Part shown: piece by piece, positions 43,657 to 51,909 of the stretch
Layout of the letters: each line of letters begins with the position of its first letter
Position numbering within the stretch: position 1 is the first letter of the stretch
Origin: a virus
Taxonomy: Duplodnaviria; Caudoviricetes
Virus record (IMG/VR): IMGVR_UViG_3300047276_000460
Span: 1-56,709 of that record
DNA: 56,709 nt
Direction: 5' to 3' (one strand)
The notes under the pieces: generated by a model
What the model was told of the DNA's origin: nothing
The model's database searches: none
The model's input: the letters and a program-made list of their open reading frames with translations, nothing else
Program-made: the position numbers and the translations under genes

Positions 43657-43720
43657 GTTGCTGACCAGCATGGTATGGCAGATCAACTAGCTGGTTGCAA
43701 CCCCCTCGCGAACTTTTTTT
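43657..43720 (-). promoter_or_regulatory. Promoter cassette PE5 (direct-repeat copy B)
   Basis: TTGCAA-17nt-CATACC-6nt-GTCAGCAAC-TCAGGAG; IR ACCAGC/GCTGGT. Confidence 0.8.
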
Positions 43721-43983
43721 ACGATCTCGTCGATGTCCGCCTTCGACCGGGCGACAAACACCGGCACGCCGTCTCGCTCCATGCGCTCGATCTCGCGCTT
43801 CTGGGGGCTGCTCAGGACGTCGCCGTCGGCCTTGATCTCGACGAACGCGACGCAGGGCCACGTCCACCAGATGAAGCAGTCAGGGCAGCCCCTGCGGTTT
43901 TCCCAGCGCGCCTTGCGGTACTGGCCGCCGCTCTTCTGCACGACGTGCTTGAGGTGGTCCTGAAGGCGGCCTGCGGGGGTCAT
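43687..43983 (-). CDS. VRR-NUC nuclease
   Basis: G.PD, FVEIK, Q.RE..R motifs; typical position after PolA. Confidence 0.85.
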   Translation of the reverse strand: MTPAGRLQDHLKHVVQKSGGQYRKARWENRRGCPDCFIWWTWPCVAFVEIKADGDVLSSPQKREIERMERDGVPVFVARSKADIDEIVKKVREGVATS

Positions 43984-43985
43984 GC

Positions 43986-45944
43986 TCAGTCCTTCTTGTA
44001 GCGGTAGGTTTCGAAGCCCGCAGCCGCCAGCGGCAGCCCAGTCGCCCACGAGGGGTTGGTCGCCATCAGTGACGCCAAGGTCGCGTGTGTATAGTGTGTA
44101 TCGTCCGGCGTCTCGCAGATCAGCTCGTCATGGACGCGCAGCACGACAGGGTAGCCCGCCAGTTCGGCGTTGCGCATGCCGGTCATGAAGACGTCCCGCG
44201 CAACAGCCTGCACAATGTTCTCGACCAGCTTGCCGCCATAGGTGTCGAGCGTGTCCCACTTGCGCGTGTACTGGTTGAGGCCCTCGTACAGGATGCGGCC
44301 ATCCTCGTCGATGTACGGCTTGCGGTAGCTGAGATAGCGCCCCGAGGGCAGGCGGATGCGCAGCCACTGCGTCCCCTGCCGGTCGTACGTGATGCCGAAG
44401 CGCAGGTCGCGCACGACCGTGGTGCTGTCCGGCTCGCGGATCGCGGCCTTGGCTGCGTTCTCGACGTCGTACCAGAAGCGCTTGGTGTTGGGGTGCGCCG
44501 CACGCCACGCCCAGACGATGTTTTGAATTTCTTCGTCGTCCATGGTGCTGAACACTTCACCGCCCATCTTGCGGTATGCGCCGAGACCGCCTCCATAGCC
44601 TCCCGACAATTCGGGAACTTTGCCTTGGTTTTGGCGCTCCGCTTTCGTCACGTCGCCGGGGTCTTTGCCGAGGATGCGGCCCGCTGTGATCTTGTACAGG
44701 TCGTGACCGATGCCGTTGTCGTAATCCTTGAAGGCCTGCACCTTCCACGTCTCGCCCGCCAGCCACGCCAGCACGCGCCCTTCGATGTTCGACAGGTCGG
44801 CGACGGCCAGCTTGCAGCCCGGCGCGGCGACGATGCAGCCGCGCACGGCGGACGCGCACAGGTCCGAGACGTTGTCGAAGATCAGGTCTTCGCAGTCCGC
44901 CTTCATCGCCGCGATGCCCGCCTCGATCTCGTCCGCCTCCATGCTCGGGCGCGGCAGGTTCTGCGGCTGGAAGATGCGCCCGGCGTCGCGGCCAGTGCGC
45001 GCGGCGCCACAAAACTGGAGCGTGCCGCGCAGGCGGCTGTCGCTCGACGTCGCCTTCAGGAGCACCTTGTACTTGGCTGGGCTGGTCGCGGCGGCCTGCG
45101 CCCTGTTCTCGAGCAGGAGACGCACCGGCTGCGGCAGATCGCCCTTCAGGAGACCGGCGACGGTGTCTTTGGTGAGGTCCGGCACGACGAAGCCGTGTTC
45201 CTCTTCGAGGTGCTTCAGGAGCACCGCGCGCTGCGTCGTGGAGCGAACTATACCGTCGGTGGCAGCGGTGGCAGCAGCGGCCAGAGTTCCCGAAGCTCGT
45301 TGAAAAGCTCGTAGGGCTGAGGCTGCGAGGTCGAGGTCAATGGCGACACCACGGTCATTAATTCTCTGATCGAGTTCCCATAGTTCGCGCTCAAAGTGAC
45401 TGGTATTCCATGTGGGGAGGGCTGCATGTACGTAGCGCATCGCGTCCACATCGAGCCGGGCGTACTCGACGAAGGCTGCCCATTCGGTGGGGTGTGTGTC
45501 ACGCGTGGCCCTCCGCAGCTTCACGTTCTTGGGACGTGGCTTTGTGAAGAGCTGTATCAGCTTCTTGCCCTCTTTGTCTTTAGCCTTGTCGGTCGGCACG
45601 CCCAGAACGTCGCAGAGCATGCCGAGCGACGCCGGGAGGCTGTGCGCCAGCGCCTGCACCATCGTGTCGTGTACGCGCTCGACAGGCAGCTCCACGCCCC
45701 TGTGACGCAGCACGGTGCGGTCGAAGGCGCTGTTGTGGATGACGACGCGGTCGGCGCGGTCGATGAGGCTCTGGACGTCGCGCAGGTCGCGCAGGCCCTC
45801 GGTCATGTCCCAGACGGTGACAGGGTCGGTGTCCCACGCGAAGGCGACGAGGAGCACTTCCGCGTCCTCGGCATAGCGATGCGCGCCGTTGGTGATCGGC
45901 GTCTCGCTGTAGGTCTCGAGATCAAGGTGGAGTGTTGCTGACAT
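43986..45944 (-). CDS. polA: Family A DNA polymerase with 3'-5' exonuclease
   Basis: ExoI DLETYS, HNSAFDR, YARLDV; motif A DLSNIEGR; motif B RNQGKVPELSGGYG; motif C VHDELI. Confidence 0.95.
   Translation of the reverse strand: MSATLHLDLETYSETPITNGAHRYAEDAEVLLVAFAWDTDPVTVWDMTEGLRDLRDVQSLIDRADRVVIHNSAFDRTVLRHRGVELPVERVHDTMVQALAHSLPASLGMLCDVLGVPTDKAKDKEGKKLIQLFTKPRPKNVKLRRATRDTHPTEWAAFVEYARLDVDAMRYVHAALPTWNTSHFERELWELDQRINDRGVAIDLDLAASALRAFQRASGTLAAAATAATDGIVRSTTQRAVLLKHLEEEHGFVVPDLTKDTVAGLLKGDLPQPVRLLLENRAQAAATSPAKYKVLLKATSSDSRLRGTLQFCGAARTGRDAGRIFQPQNLPRPSMEADEIEAGIAAMKADCEDLIFDNVSDLCASAVRGCIVAAPGCKLAVADLSNIEGRVLAWLAGETWKVQAFKDYDNGIGHDLYKITAGRILGKDPGDVTKAERQNQGKVPELSGGYGGGLGAYRKMGGEVFSTMDDEEIQNIVWAWRAAHPNTKRFWYDVENAAKAAIREPDSTTVVRDLRFGITYDRQGTQWLRIRLPSGRYLSYRKPYIDEDGRILYEGLNQYTRKWDTLDTYGGKLVENIVQAVARDVFMTGMRNAELAGYPVVLRVHDELICETPDDTHYTHATLASLMATNPSWATGLPLAAAGFETYRYKKD
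45248..45502 (-). CDS. Candidate overprinted 84-aa gene nested in polA (+1 frame)
   Basis: GGAGG SD 7 nt before GTG; polA codons turn rare while the alternate frame is GC3-rich. Confidence 0.5.
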   Translation of the reverse strand: MTHTPPNGQPSSSTPGSMWTRCATYMQPSPHGIPVTLSANYGNSIRELMTVVSPLTSTSQPQPYELFNELRELWPLLPPLPPTV

Positions 45945-45948
45945 ATTT

Positions 45949-46040
45949 CCCTCTTTGTTTAGGTGAGCCGCGCGCGTGTCGTGTCAGCAACTGGGAGAGG
46001 GAGCACCCAAAGTGCGCGCGGCTCGCCTAAACAAAGTGGG
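45949..46040 (-). ncRNA. polA 5' leader: 23-bp stem-loop whose loop is antisense to the early-leader motif
   Basis: Arms 45953-45975 / 46014-46036 (22/23 WC); loop holds GTCAGCAACTGGGAGAGGGAG on the + strand. Confidence 0.6.
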
Positions 46041-46078
46041 CCGCAACCACATATAGCGGTTGCGGCCACTCTTGGCAA
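46039..46078 (-). promoter_or_regulatory. Dual terminator/promoter PE6 upstream of polA
   Basis: TTGCCA-17nt-TATATG with the -10 at the apex of the GGCCGCAACC/GGTTGCGGCC stem; followed by CTTTGTTT. Confidence 0.65.
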
Positions 46079-46336
46079 CTAAATCAGGTCGAGACCCAAA
46101 GCCGCCTTATAGACGTCAAGGATCGCCTCAAATTCCTGACGCTTTTCCTTGTCCATCTTACGGATGCGGACGACTTCGCGGAGCACCTTGCCGACATATC
46201 CACGGGCCTTCGCCTCGATGTAGATGTCCTTGATGTCATCCGCGATGCCCGCCTTCTCTTCCTCGAGACGCTCGATGCGCTCGACGAGGAGGCGAAGCTC
46301 GTCCGCCGCGACGCTGTTGTGCCCCGCGCCGCTCAT
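46079..46336 (-). CDS. gapR: GapR-like (DUF2312) nucleoid-associated protein
   Basis: LR..VERIERLEEEK..I..DIKDIY.EAK.RGY..K.LR..VR.RK.D signature. Confidence 0.88.
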   Translation of the reverse strand: MSGAGHNSVAADELRLLVERIERLEEEKAGIADDIKDIYIEAKARGYVGKVLREVVRIRKMDKEKRQEFEAILDVYKAALGLDLI

Positions 46337-46905
46337 CAGAAGAGGTCCGATGCGTCGGCGGCGAAGTCAGCGAAGTCGTCCTTCGACGCGACGCTGCCGC
46401 CGCCACCGAAGTTCTCGCCGTCTTCCGCGAACATCACGCCCGAGAGCGAGCAGTTGATCCGGCGACCCCATTTGTTGTCCTGCGCCCAGACATCGACCTT
46501 GGCGTTGACGATGGCGCCGCTGTAGATGAGACGCTTGATGTCGGACGTGTTGGTCACCTCCTCGGCCATGCGGTCGAACACCGTCGGGCGCGTCTTGGCG
46601 TTGCGCGCCGACAGATAGTGCTTGCCCGCGAAGCCGTTGTACGGCTCGCCAGTCTTCTTGTTGCGGTAGACCTTCTCGACGAGGCAAATCTTGCCGTCTT
46701 CCTTCAGCATCGAGACGACGCTGTCGGCCTTGTCCTTCCACTGGTCCTTCGCGACGGTCGCGATGGCGTCCAGCAGCGCCTTGTGGTGCTCGCCGTCGGG
46801 GGTGATGACGAACTTGGCGCCATAGGCAGGCTCACCTTCACCAAACGACTGCGGGGCGTCCAGCGCGGGGAATGCGATCTGGACCTTCTTCAGCATAACT
46901 TCCAT
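46336..46905 (-). CDS. ssb: Single-stranded DNA-binding protein (DUF2815-like)
   Basis: FP.L..P, YSG..VN, DNKWG.RIN..L.GV.F..DGE.FGGG, acidic tail ending in F. Confidence 0.85.
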   Translation of the reverse strand: MEVMLKKVQIAFPALDAPQSFGEGEPAYGAKFVITPDGEHHKALLDAIATVAKDQWKDKADSVVSMLKEDGKICLVEKVYRNKKTGEPYNGFAGKHYLSARNAKTRPTVFDRMAEEVTNTSDIKRLIYSGAIVNAKVDVWAQDNKWGRRINCSLSGVMFAEDGENFGGGGSVASKDDFADFAADASDLF

Positions 46906-46915
46906 TGTCAGTTCC

Positions 46916-48157
46916 TCAGTTCTCAGTTTCAACAAGATCGCCGAACCCTTCGGCGACCGGGGTAACGACCAGTTCTGGCCGCTTATCCGTGGCGGGTGCC
47001 ACAGATGGCTTGCCCTCGCTGCGCACGAGCAACGGCTCGATCTTCGCCCAGCGCTTGGGACTATCTTTCAGGAGCTTCTCCGCTTTCGTTGGTGACACGA
47101 GCTTCATCTCATACATCTCGTCCTGCCGCAACCGGAAAGACTTGAGCGTCGCTTCGGCCTCGGCTTCGTCGGCCCATGCGCGGTTGCCGCGACGGCCCTC
47201 GACGAGCTTCCAGCCGTCCACCTTCTGCCCGGCGAGCAGGCGGCGTTCCGCCTCGGCGCGGACGGCCTTGCACCAGTCTTCGACGAGGCCGACCTTCGAC
47301 ATGGCAATCGGCAGGTAGTTGTCGCTGACCTGCATATCGACCTCGATAGGCACGAACGCGGCGAAGTCCTCCGGCGTGGCGGGCGAGTGCGTCTCGCCGC
47401 CGACGTTGAGCATGATCTCCTCGCGCAGCGCGGGGCAGATCGCCTTGGCGCGGCAGAAGCGGCACTGCTTCTCGCCCGGCTCGAAGAAGCCCTGCGTGAT
47501 GCCGTCGTTGGCCGTCAGATCGAGGCTCTCCGCAAGCCGGACGCGATCCGCCGCCTCCCGCGCCTTCTCGCCGAACGCGCGCAGCTCGCCGACCGGCAGG
47601 ATATACTCGCTGACGTGGTTCAGGCGCGGCTGGTGAATGACCATCATCACCTCGGTGAAGTCGGCCAGCATGTCGAAGTCGTTCAGCGCGCCGAGGGCGT
47701 ACAGCATGAGCTGCGGGTTCTCTTCCGCATCCACCTTGACGCCCATGCCGAACTTGAGATCGACCACGACGAGCTGGTCGCCCCTGACGATGACGGCGTC
47801 GGCGGTGCCGAAGCTGTCAGGCTGCCCGATGACCGGCGAGAAGTCCACGCGCTGCTCGACCAGCAGGCTGCCGCCCTCGGCGTACTCCCGCACCAGCTTG
47901 GCGTAGTCGAGGACGTGATCGACCATGTCCTGTGTGATCTTGAACGTCGTGCCGTCGTCGAAGCTCCAGTCCTCGCCGACGTACAGGCTCAAGTCCCAGT
48001 TGGCCGACAGGTTGCCCGCAGCCAGCTCGTGCGCGAGGGTGCCTTCCTTCGCGTAGTCGCTGCCCTTGTCGGGGATGTCGGCCTCGAGGACGAGACTGCC
48101 GGGGCAGGCCATCCAGCGGTGTGCCCCCGAGGGGCTGAGTTTGGCGTGCGCGCTCAT
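46916..48157 (-). CDS. DUF2800 / Cas4-like PD-(D/E)xK exonuclease
   Basis: [43 protein letters not shown]...CP. Confidence 0.88.
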   Translation of the reverse strand: MSAHAKLSPSGAHRWMACPGSLVLEADIPDKGSDYAKEGTLAHELAAGNLSANWDLSLYVGEDWSFDDGTTFKITQDMVDHVLDYAKLVREYAEGGSLLVEQRVDFSPVIGQPDSFGTADAVIVRGDQLVVVDLKFGMGVKVDAEENPQLMLYALGALNDFDMLADFTEVMMVIHQPRLNHVSEYILPVGELRAFGEKAREAADRVRLAESLDLTANDGITQGFFEPGEKQCRFCRAKAICPALREEIMLNVGGETHSPATPEDFAAFVPIEVDMQVSDNYLPIAMSKVGLVEDWCKAVRAEAERRLLAGQKVDGWKLVEGRRGNRAWADEAEAEATLKSFRLRQDEMYEMKLVSPTKAEKLLKDSPKRWAKIEPLLVRSEGKPSVAPATDKRPELVVTPVAEGFGDLVETEN

Positions 48158-48603
48158 CACGCCAGCACTGCCTTCAGCTCGGCCATCAGCGCCGGGAGCT
48201 TCTCGGCGGCAACCTGCGTCACGCGCTCGGCACCATACTTCTGCACGATGGCGGCGGCTGCGGGCTTGCCGAGCTTGGCCACGGCGGCGAGGACGAGCGG
48301 CTGCACGTCGCGCACGACGTCGATCTCAGGCTCAGAAGCGGCCTCGGGCTTCTCGGATGCAGTCTGAGACGCTTCCGTCGGCCCAGAGGAGGCAGGTTCC
48401 GACGACGCGGTCTGGTCGTTTCCCTCCGGTGCTGCTTCAACGGTCGGCTCCTCGACCTTCGCCTTCGGCTTGCGCGTTGCGGCCTGCTTCACTTCCGGCA
48501 TCACCGGATCGGCGGCAGTCGTCTGAAACTGCGCGGCGAGGGCCAGCGTCTTGCCAGCCAGTTCGGACAGCGTCTCCGCCGTGATTTCGATACGATACGT
48601 CAT
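48157..48603 (-). CDS. Hypothetical replication-module protein
   Basis: Low-complexity linker plus helical C-terminal domain; conserved position before DUF2800. Confidence 0.75.
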   Translation of the reverse strand: MTYRIEITAETLSELAGKTLALAAQFQTTAADPVMPEVKQAATRKPKAKVEEPTVEAAPEGNDQTASSEPASSGPTEASQTASEKPEAASEPEIDVVRDVQPLVLAAVAKLGKPAAAAIVQKYGAERVTQVAAEKLPALMAELKAVLA

Positions 48604-48620
48604 TTATCTTGTCTCCGTTC

Positions 48621-48782
48621 TCAGTTGATGTCGTCGAGGTTGATGCCCGCGAGGACTGCACCGCCGATAATCGCCTCCAGCCGGTCGGCCAGTGCGACGG
48701 CCAGTTCGGCAGTCGGCTGGGTCCGTGCCTGCTCGATGAGGTCTTCATCGTACAGCATGCGGTAGTAATTCCTGTCGTCCAT
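48621..48782 (-). CDS. Small hypothetical protein (MDDRNYYRMLY...)
   Basis: GAGGAG SD after PE7. Confidence 0.65.
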   Translation of the reverse strand: MDDRNYYRMLYDEDLIEQARTQPTAELAVALADRLEAIIGGAVLAGINLDDIN

Positions 48783-48796
48783 GTGATCTCCTCTTC

Positions 48797-48846
48797 GTGC
48801 TGACAGGTGGGTGGTACAAGCGTCCAGTTGCATAAGTCAACTGTTC
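48797..48846 (-). promoter_or_regulatory. Promoter cassette PE7
   Basis: TTGACT-17/18nt-(G)TACCAC then GTCAGCAC-GAAGAGGAG; IR CAGTTG/CAACTG around -35. Confidence 0.6.
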
Positions 48847-50867
48847 TATTCGTGGAAAATAACGTAGCCGCTGCGGACTTCGAACGGGCCGTCCTTTTCG
48901 GAGCCGAGCTGCCTGATCGCGCGGCCCATGTCCTGACGGCGCGTGTCGCGCTTGTCGGGCGAGACCGGCGCGGGAAGCGCCTCGGCGCAGAGCGCCGCAA
49001 ACTCGACGAGGGGCATCATGTCGATCTTGGGGTCAACCGTGGCGATCATCTCGATGGCGTGCGTCTGGTACTTGCCGTACCGCTTCTGCTTGCCGCTCGG
49101 GGCCTCGCTCGGCACCGGCTTCGGCAGCTCGGCGTCGATGGCGACGCAGCTCGTGATCGGGTCGCCGTCGCGGTCGAAGCCCAGATCGACGATCTCCAGC
49201 TTGAAGCCCCATGCGAGATTGTCGTCGCCGTCCTTCATCTTCGTGACGCGCATCTCGCGCGCGCCGTTCTCGTGGCGCAGCACCTCCAGCTCGGCGTCCG
49301 CCGCAGCGCGCATGCCCGACCAGCCGCGTGCGCCCTTGCTGGCGTCCTTCCCGGCGTGGTGGATGAGCATGACCGTCGCGCCTGTCACGCGCGTCAGCGT
49401 GCGGCAGTTGCGCAGGGCGACGCCCATGTCCTCGCCGCTGTTCTCGTTCGCACCCGGCGTCATTTGGGCGAAGGTGTCGGCGATGATGAGGATCGGGTCG
49501 CCGCCTGCGGCTGCGATGGCGTCGAGCAGCTCGCCGATGTCGTCGCTGTCCATGATGTTCGGCGCGGCGGTGATGACGGCGAGGTCAACATCCTCGGGAT
49601 CGACCCCATGGACTTTGCAGGCCGCCTTGGTGCGCTTGCCGACACCCCCGCCGCCTTCCGCCGCGATGTACAGGACGCGACCGCGCTTCGTCTTGCGCCC
49701 GCGCCAGTCAACGCCGCGCGCGATGGCGAAGGCCATGTCGAGCGCCATGAAGCTCTTGCCGCTGCCCGAGGCGCCGTACAGGACGATCAGGTCATCCTGC
49801 GGCAGTACGCCCTTGATGATCCACTCGCTCGGCGGCCTGTTGGCCACGGCGTCGAGGGTCTCGATCTTGAACTTGCCCGAGAAGTTCTCCGGCGTGCGGA
49901 AGATGTCGCGCGGCTCCGCGCGTGCCATGATCTCCTGCCGCTTGGCCTCGTCAATCGGCGCCCGGCTCAGGGAGGCGACCATGTGCTTCACTGTCGCCAT
50001 GGTGACTTGCGGGCGCCTGTCACCCTTGCGCCGCTCGAAGCTCTCCCACTGCCCGCGCAGGGCCTCCTCGCTGGGGTATTTACCGCCGAGGCACGACCAG
50101 TCGTTCCACAGGTCGAAGCCGGTGTCGTCGCCCTGCGTCTCGTGGTGCAGGGCCATGCCGACGCGCACCCACTCGTCGCGGCCCATGTCGGGGTCGAGCT
50201 GGTCGAGCAGCGCCTCCATCTCCTCGACCTCGAGGCCGAGGGGCGGCTTGCGCCCGAGCATGAAGTCGTCGGGGTCGGCGGCCTGCGCCTCGCGCGGTCC
50301 GAAGCGGGCGGCGCACAGCGCCTCCACCTCGGGCGTCACCTTGGCGATGGTGGTGTCGTTGCCCATGATCTCGCACAGGTCGAAGACGTCGCCAGTGATC
50401 GTGACGAAGCCGCTCTCGCTGAACGTCTCGATCCCGTAGGGGTGGCCGGTGGTCGGCGACTTGCGGTTGGGGAAGTGCCCCTCGTAGACGCAGCGCAGGC
50501 CTTTGCCCGAGGGCGTCACCTCACTGTACGTCGATGCCGCGATCTGCGCGACGTCGGGCGGCACGTCGCCCTTGGCGTCGATGCAGTTGTCGAAGTCGAG
50601 GATGAGCAGGCCGTGCTCGGCGCGCGGGGCGAAGCCGAGGCCGTCGTAATAGCCGTCGCTGCTGGCCAGCGCCTCGCGCGCCTCGTCGAACGAGACCATG
50701 GCGCGGACGTCGTCCTCGGCGCCTTGCCGACCGGCGCGCTTGCGCCCGCTGGCGTAGTACGGAACCTTGCGAGGCTTCGCCTCGTCAGGGAATTGCTCGA
50801 AGCGCCACAGCAGCCACGCGCGGTGGCGGCGCAGTCCTTCGGGCACATTGCTGGTGGACGCTGACAC
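48846..50867 (-). CDS. Primase-helicase (AEP-like primase, PriCT-2, AAA_25/RepA-like helicase)
   Basis: KVPYY, LDFD, E.TPSGKGL, W.RVGMALH..W..WS..KY, YGASGSGKSF, IADT, IHHAGKD..ARGWS. Confidence 0.9.
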   Translation of the reverse strand: MSASTSNVPEGLRRHRAWLLWRFEQFPDEAKPRKVPYYASGRKRAGRQGAEDDVRAMVSFDEAREALASSDGYYDGLGFAPRAEHGLLILDFDNCIDAKGDVPPDVAQIAASTYSEVTPSGKGLRCVYEGHFPNRKSPTTGHPYGIETFSESGFVTITGDVFDLCEIMGNDTTIAKVTPEVEALCAARFGPREAQAADPDDFMLGRKPPLGLEVEEMEALLDQLDPDMGRDEWVRVGMALHHETQGDDTGFDLWNDWSCLGGKYPSEEALRGQWESFERRKGDRRPQVTMATVKHMVASLSRAPIDEAKRQEIMARAEPRDIFRTPENFSGKFKIETLDAVANRPPSEWIIKGVLPQDDLIVLYGASGSGKSFMALDMAFAIARGVDWRGRKTKRGRVLYIAAEGGGGVGKRTKAACKVHGVDPEDVDLAVITAAPNIMDSDDIGELLDAIAAAGGDPILIIADTFAQMTPGANENSGEDMGVALRNCRTLTRVTGATVMLIHHAGKDASKGARGWSGMRAAADAELEVLRHENGAREMRVTKMKDGDDNLAWGFKLEIVDLGFDRDGDPITSCVAIDAELPKPVPSEAPSGKQKRYGKYQTHAIEMIATVDPKIDMMPLVEFAALCAEALPAPVSPDKRDTRRQDMGRAIRQLGSEKDGPFEVRSGYVIFHE

Positions 50868-50892
50868 GATCTTCTCCCCCTGTCCCTACGAC

Positions 50893-51117
50893 TTAGTTGG
50901 TGGCGGGGGTCGAATTGGCTCCAAAGAACGCCGCGAGACGCGGGTCTACAAGGTCTGCGCGCGGGATGCCGTACACCTCTTCGATCTGCGCTGCGCGGGC
51001 GGTTGGCACCCAGCCCCGTGCGCTCCATTTGTAGACGATTTGGTGGCTCACGCCGAGAGCTGCGGCCAACTTTGCTGCGCCTCCGGCGCGCTCCACGGCG
51101 GACTTGATGCCTGTCAC
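50893..51117 (-). CDS. Cro-like HTH protein
   Basis: AV..AGG...LA..LGVS.Q.V.KW...G.VP..RA..IE...GIP...L. Confidence 0.85.
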   Translation of the reverse strand: MTGIKSAVERAGGAAKLAAALGVSHQIVYKWSARGWVPTARAAQIEEVYGIPRADLVDPRLAAFFGANSTPATN

Positions 51118-51147
51118 TTTGATATGCTCCTGTCTGGTTACTGCCCG

Positions 51148-51210
51148 GTGCTGACGAGGGCGAATGTCCGGTGTAGACGCTTCGCCCTCGTGAATGCAAC
51201 CATTGTTTTC
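51148..51210 (-). promoter_or_regulatory. Promoter cassette PE8 with 11-bp IR (possible Cro operator)
   Basis: TTGCAT-18nt-TACACC at the apex of ACGAGGGCGAA (51154-51164)/TTCGCCCTCGT (51181-51191); GTCAGCAC downstream. Confidence 0.6.
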
Positions 51211-51216
51211 TGATAC

Positions 51217-51444
51217 CTAGATGCGGACGACGCGCATCGGCTCGACGTTGTAGCCGCGCGCTGCGACGGCCTGCCGCATCATGACCGGCGTGAAGCCCCA
51301 CAGCTTCATCGCGACGCTGTACTCGCGCGTGATGGCTTGCAGCTCCTGTTCAGCGTCGCGCAGGGCGGCTGCCGCCTTGTCGCGCTTGGCGATGGCCTTG
51401 TGCGCACGCGTGACGATGGCGTTGATGGTCTTGGGGTCGCTCAC
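51217..51444 (-). CDS. Hypothetical protein
   Basis: GTGA overlap with upstream ORF; helical. Confidence 0.6.
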   Translation of the reverse strand: MSDPKTINAIVTRAHKAIAKRDKAAAALRDAEQELQAITREYSVAMKLWGFTPVMMRQAVAARGYNVEPMRVVRI

Positions 51445-51701
51445 TTCGCCGCCCCCTTCTTCATGATGCGGCCCGTCTTCGGGTCGCGGAAGTGCGCGCC
51501 CTTCAACTGGAAGCGCAGCTCGCCCTCGATCTTGCGGGCCTCGCTCAGCTTGCGGGTGAGGATTTCGTTGTCGGCTTTCAGCTTTGTGTTTTCGAGGAGG
51601 CGTTCGCCTGCGACGTCGTACCAGACCATGCCGTCCCGCGCGGTGGCAAGCAGACGTGCCTCCAGTTCGGCGATGCGGCTCCACGGCCAAATCTTAAACA
51701 T
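51441..51701 (-). CDS. Hypothetical protein with RDPKTGR motif
   Basis: GGAG SD; coiled coil. Confidence 0.65.
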   Translation of the reverse strand: MFKIWPWSRIAELEARLLATARDGMVWYDVAGERLLENTKLKADNEILTRKLSEARKIEGELRFQLKGAHFRDPKTGRIMKKGAAK

Positions 51702-51906
51702 TGTCTTCTCCCTTCATGCTCAGTTGTCTTTCGATCCGCTGCTCGATGTCCGCGCGCACGCCGGGGATGTCGAACATCAGGTTGATGAGCAGACCCTCCA
51801 GATAGCCAGCCTTGAAGCCGACCGATGCGATTGCGCCGAGGTTGTGGTCACCGCGCGCGTTCTCGACGAGCGCGGCGACCAGTTCTGCGTTTGACGGGGC
51901 GCTCAC
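51694..51906 (-). CDS. Hypothetical protein (70 aa)
   Basis: In-strand, overlaps next start. Confidence 0.6.
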   Translation of the reverse strand: MSAPSNAELVAALVENARGDHNLGAIASVGFKAGYLEGLLINLMFDIPGVRADIEQRIERQLSMKGEDNV

Positions 51907-51909
51907 CGC

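Noticed and set aside
44183-44596. Second nested ORF in polA
   Set aside because: GGAGG lies only 2 nt from the ATG and most of the ORF has shadow-frame (R/S/A/T/P-rich) composition while polA codon bias is normal
45949-46040. tRNA or known riboswitch
   Set aside because: No cloverleaf, TTC loop or recognisable aptamer consensus by eye; an Rfam search would be needed to exclude known families
46916-48160. Cas4-like gene as a sign of a CRISPR system
   Set aside because: It is the standard DUF2800 nuclease of the SSB-PolA-VRR-NUC-SNF2 phage replication module
50893-51210. Lysogeny switch
   Set aside because: Cro-like gene present but no divergent CI-like repressor, integrase or partition genes recognised
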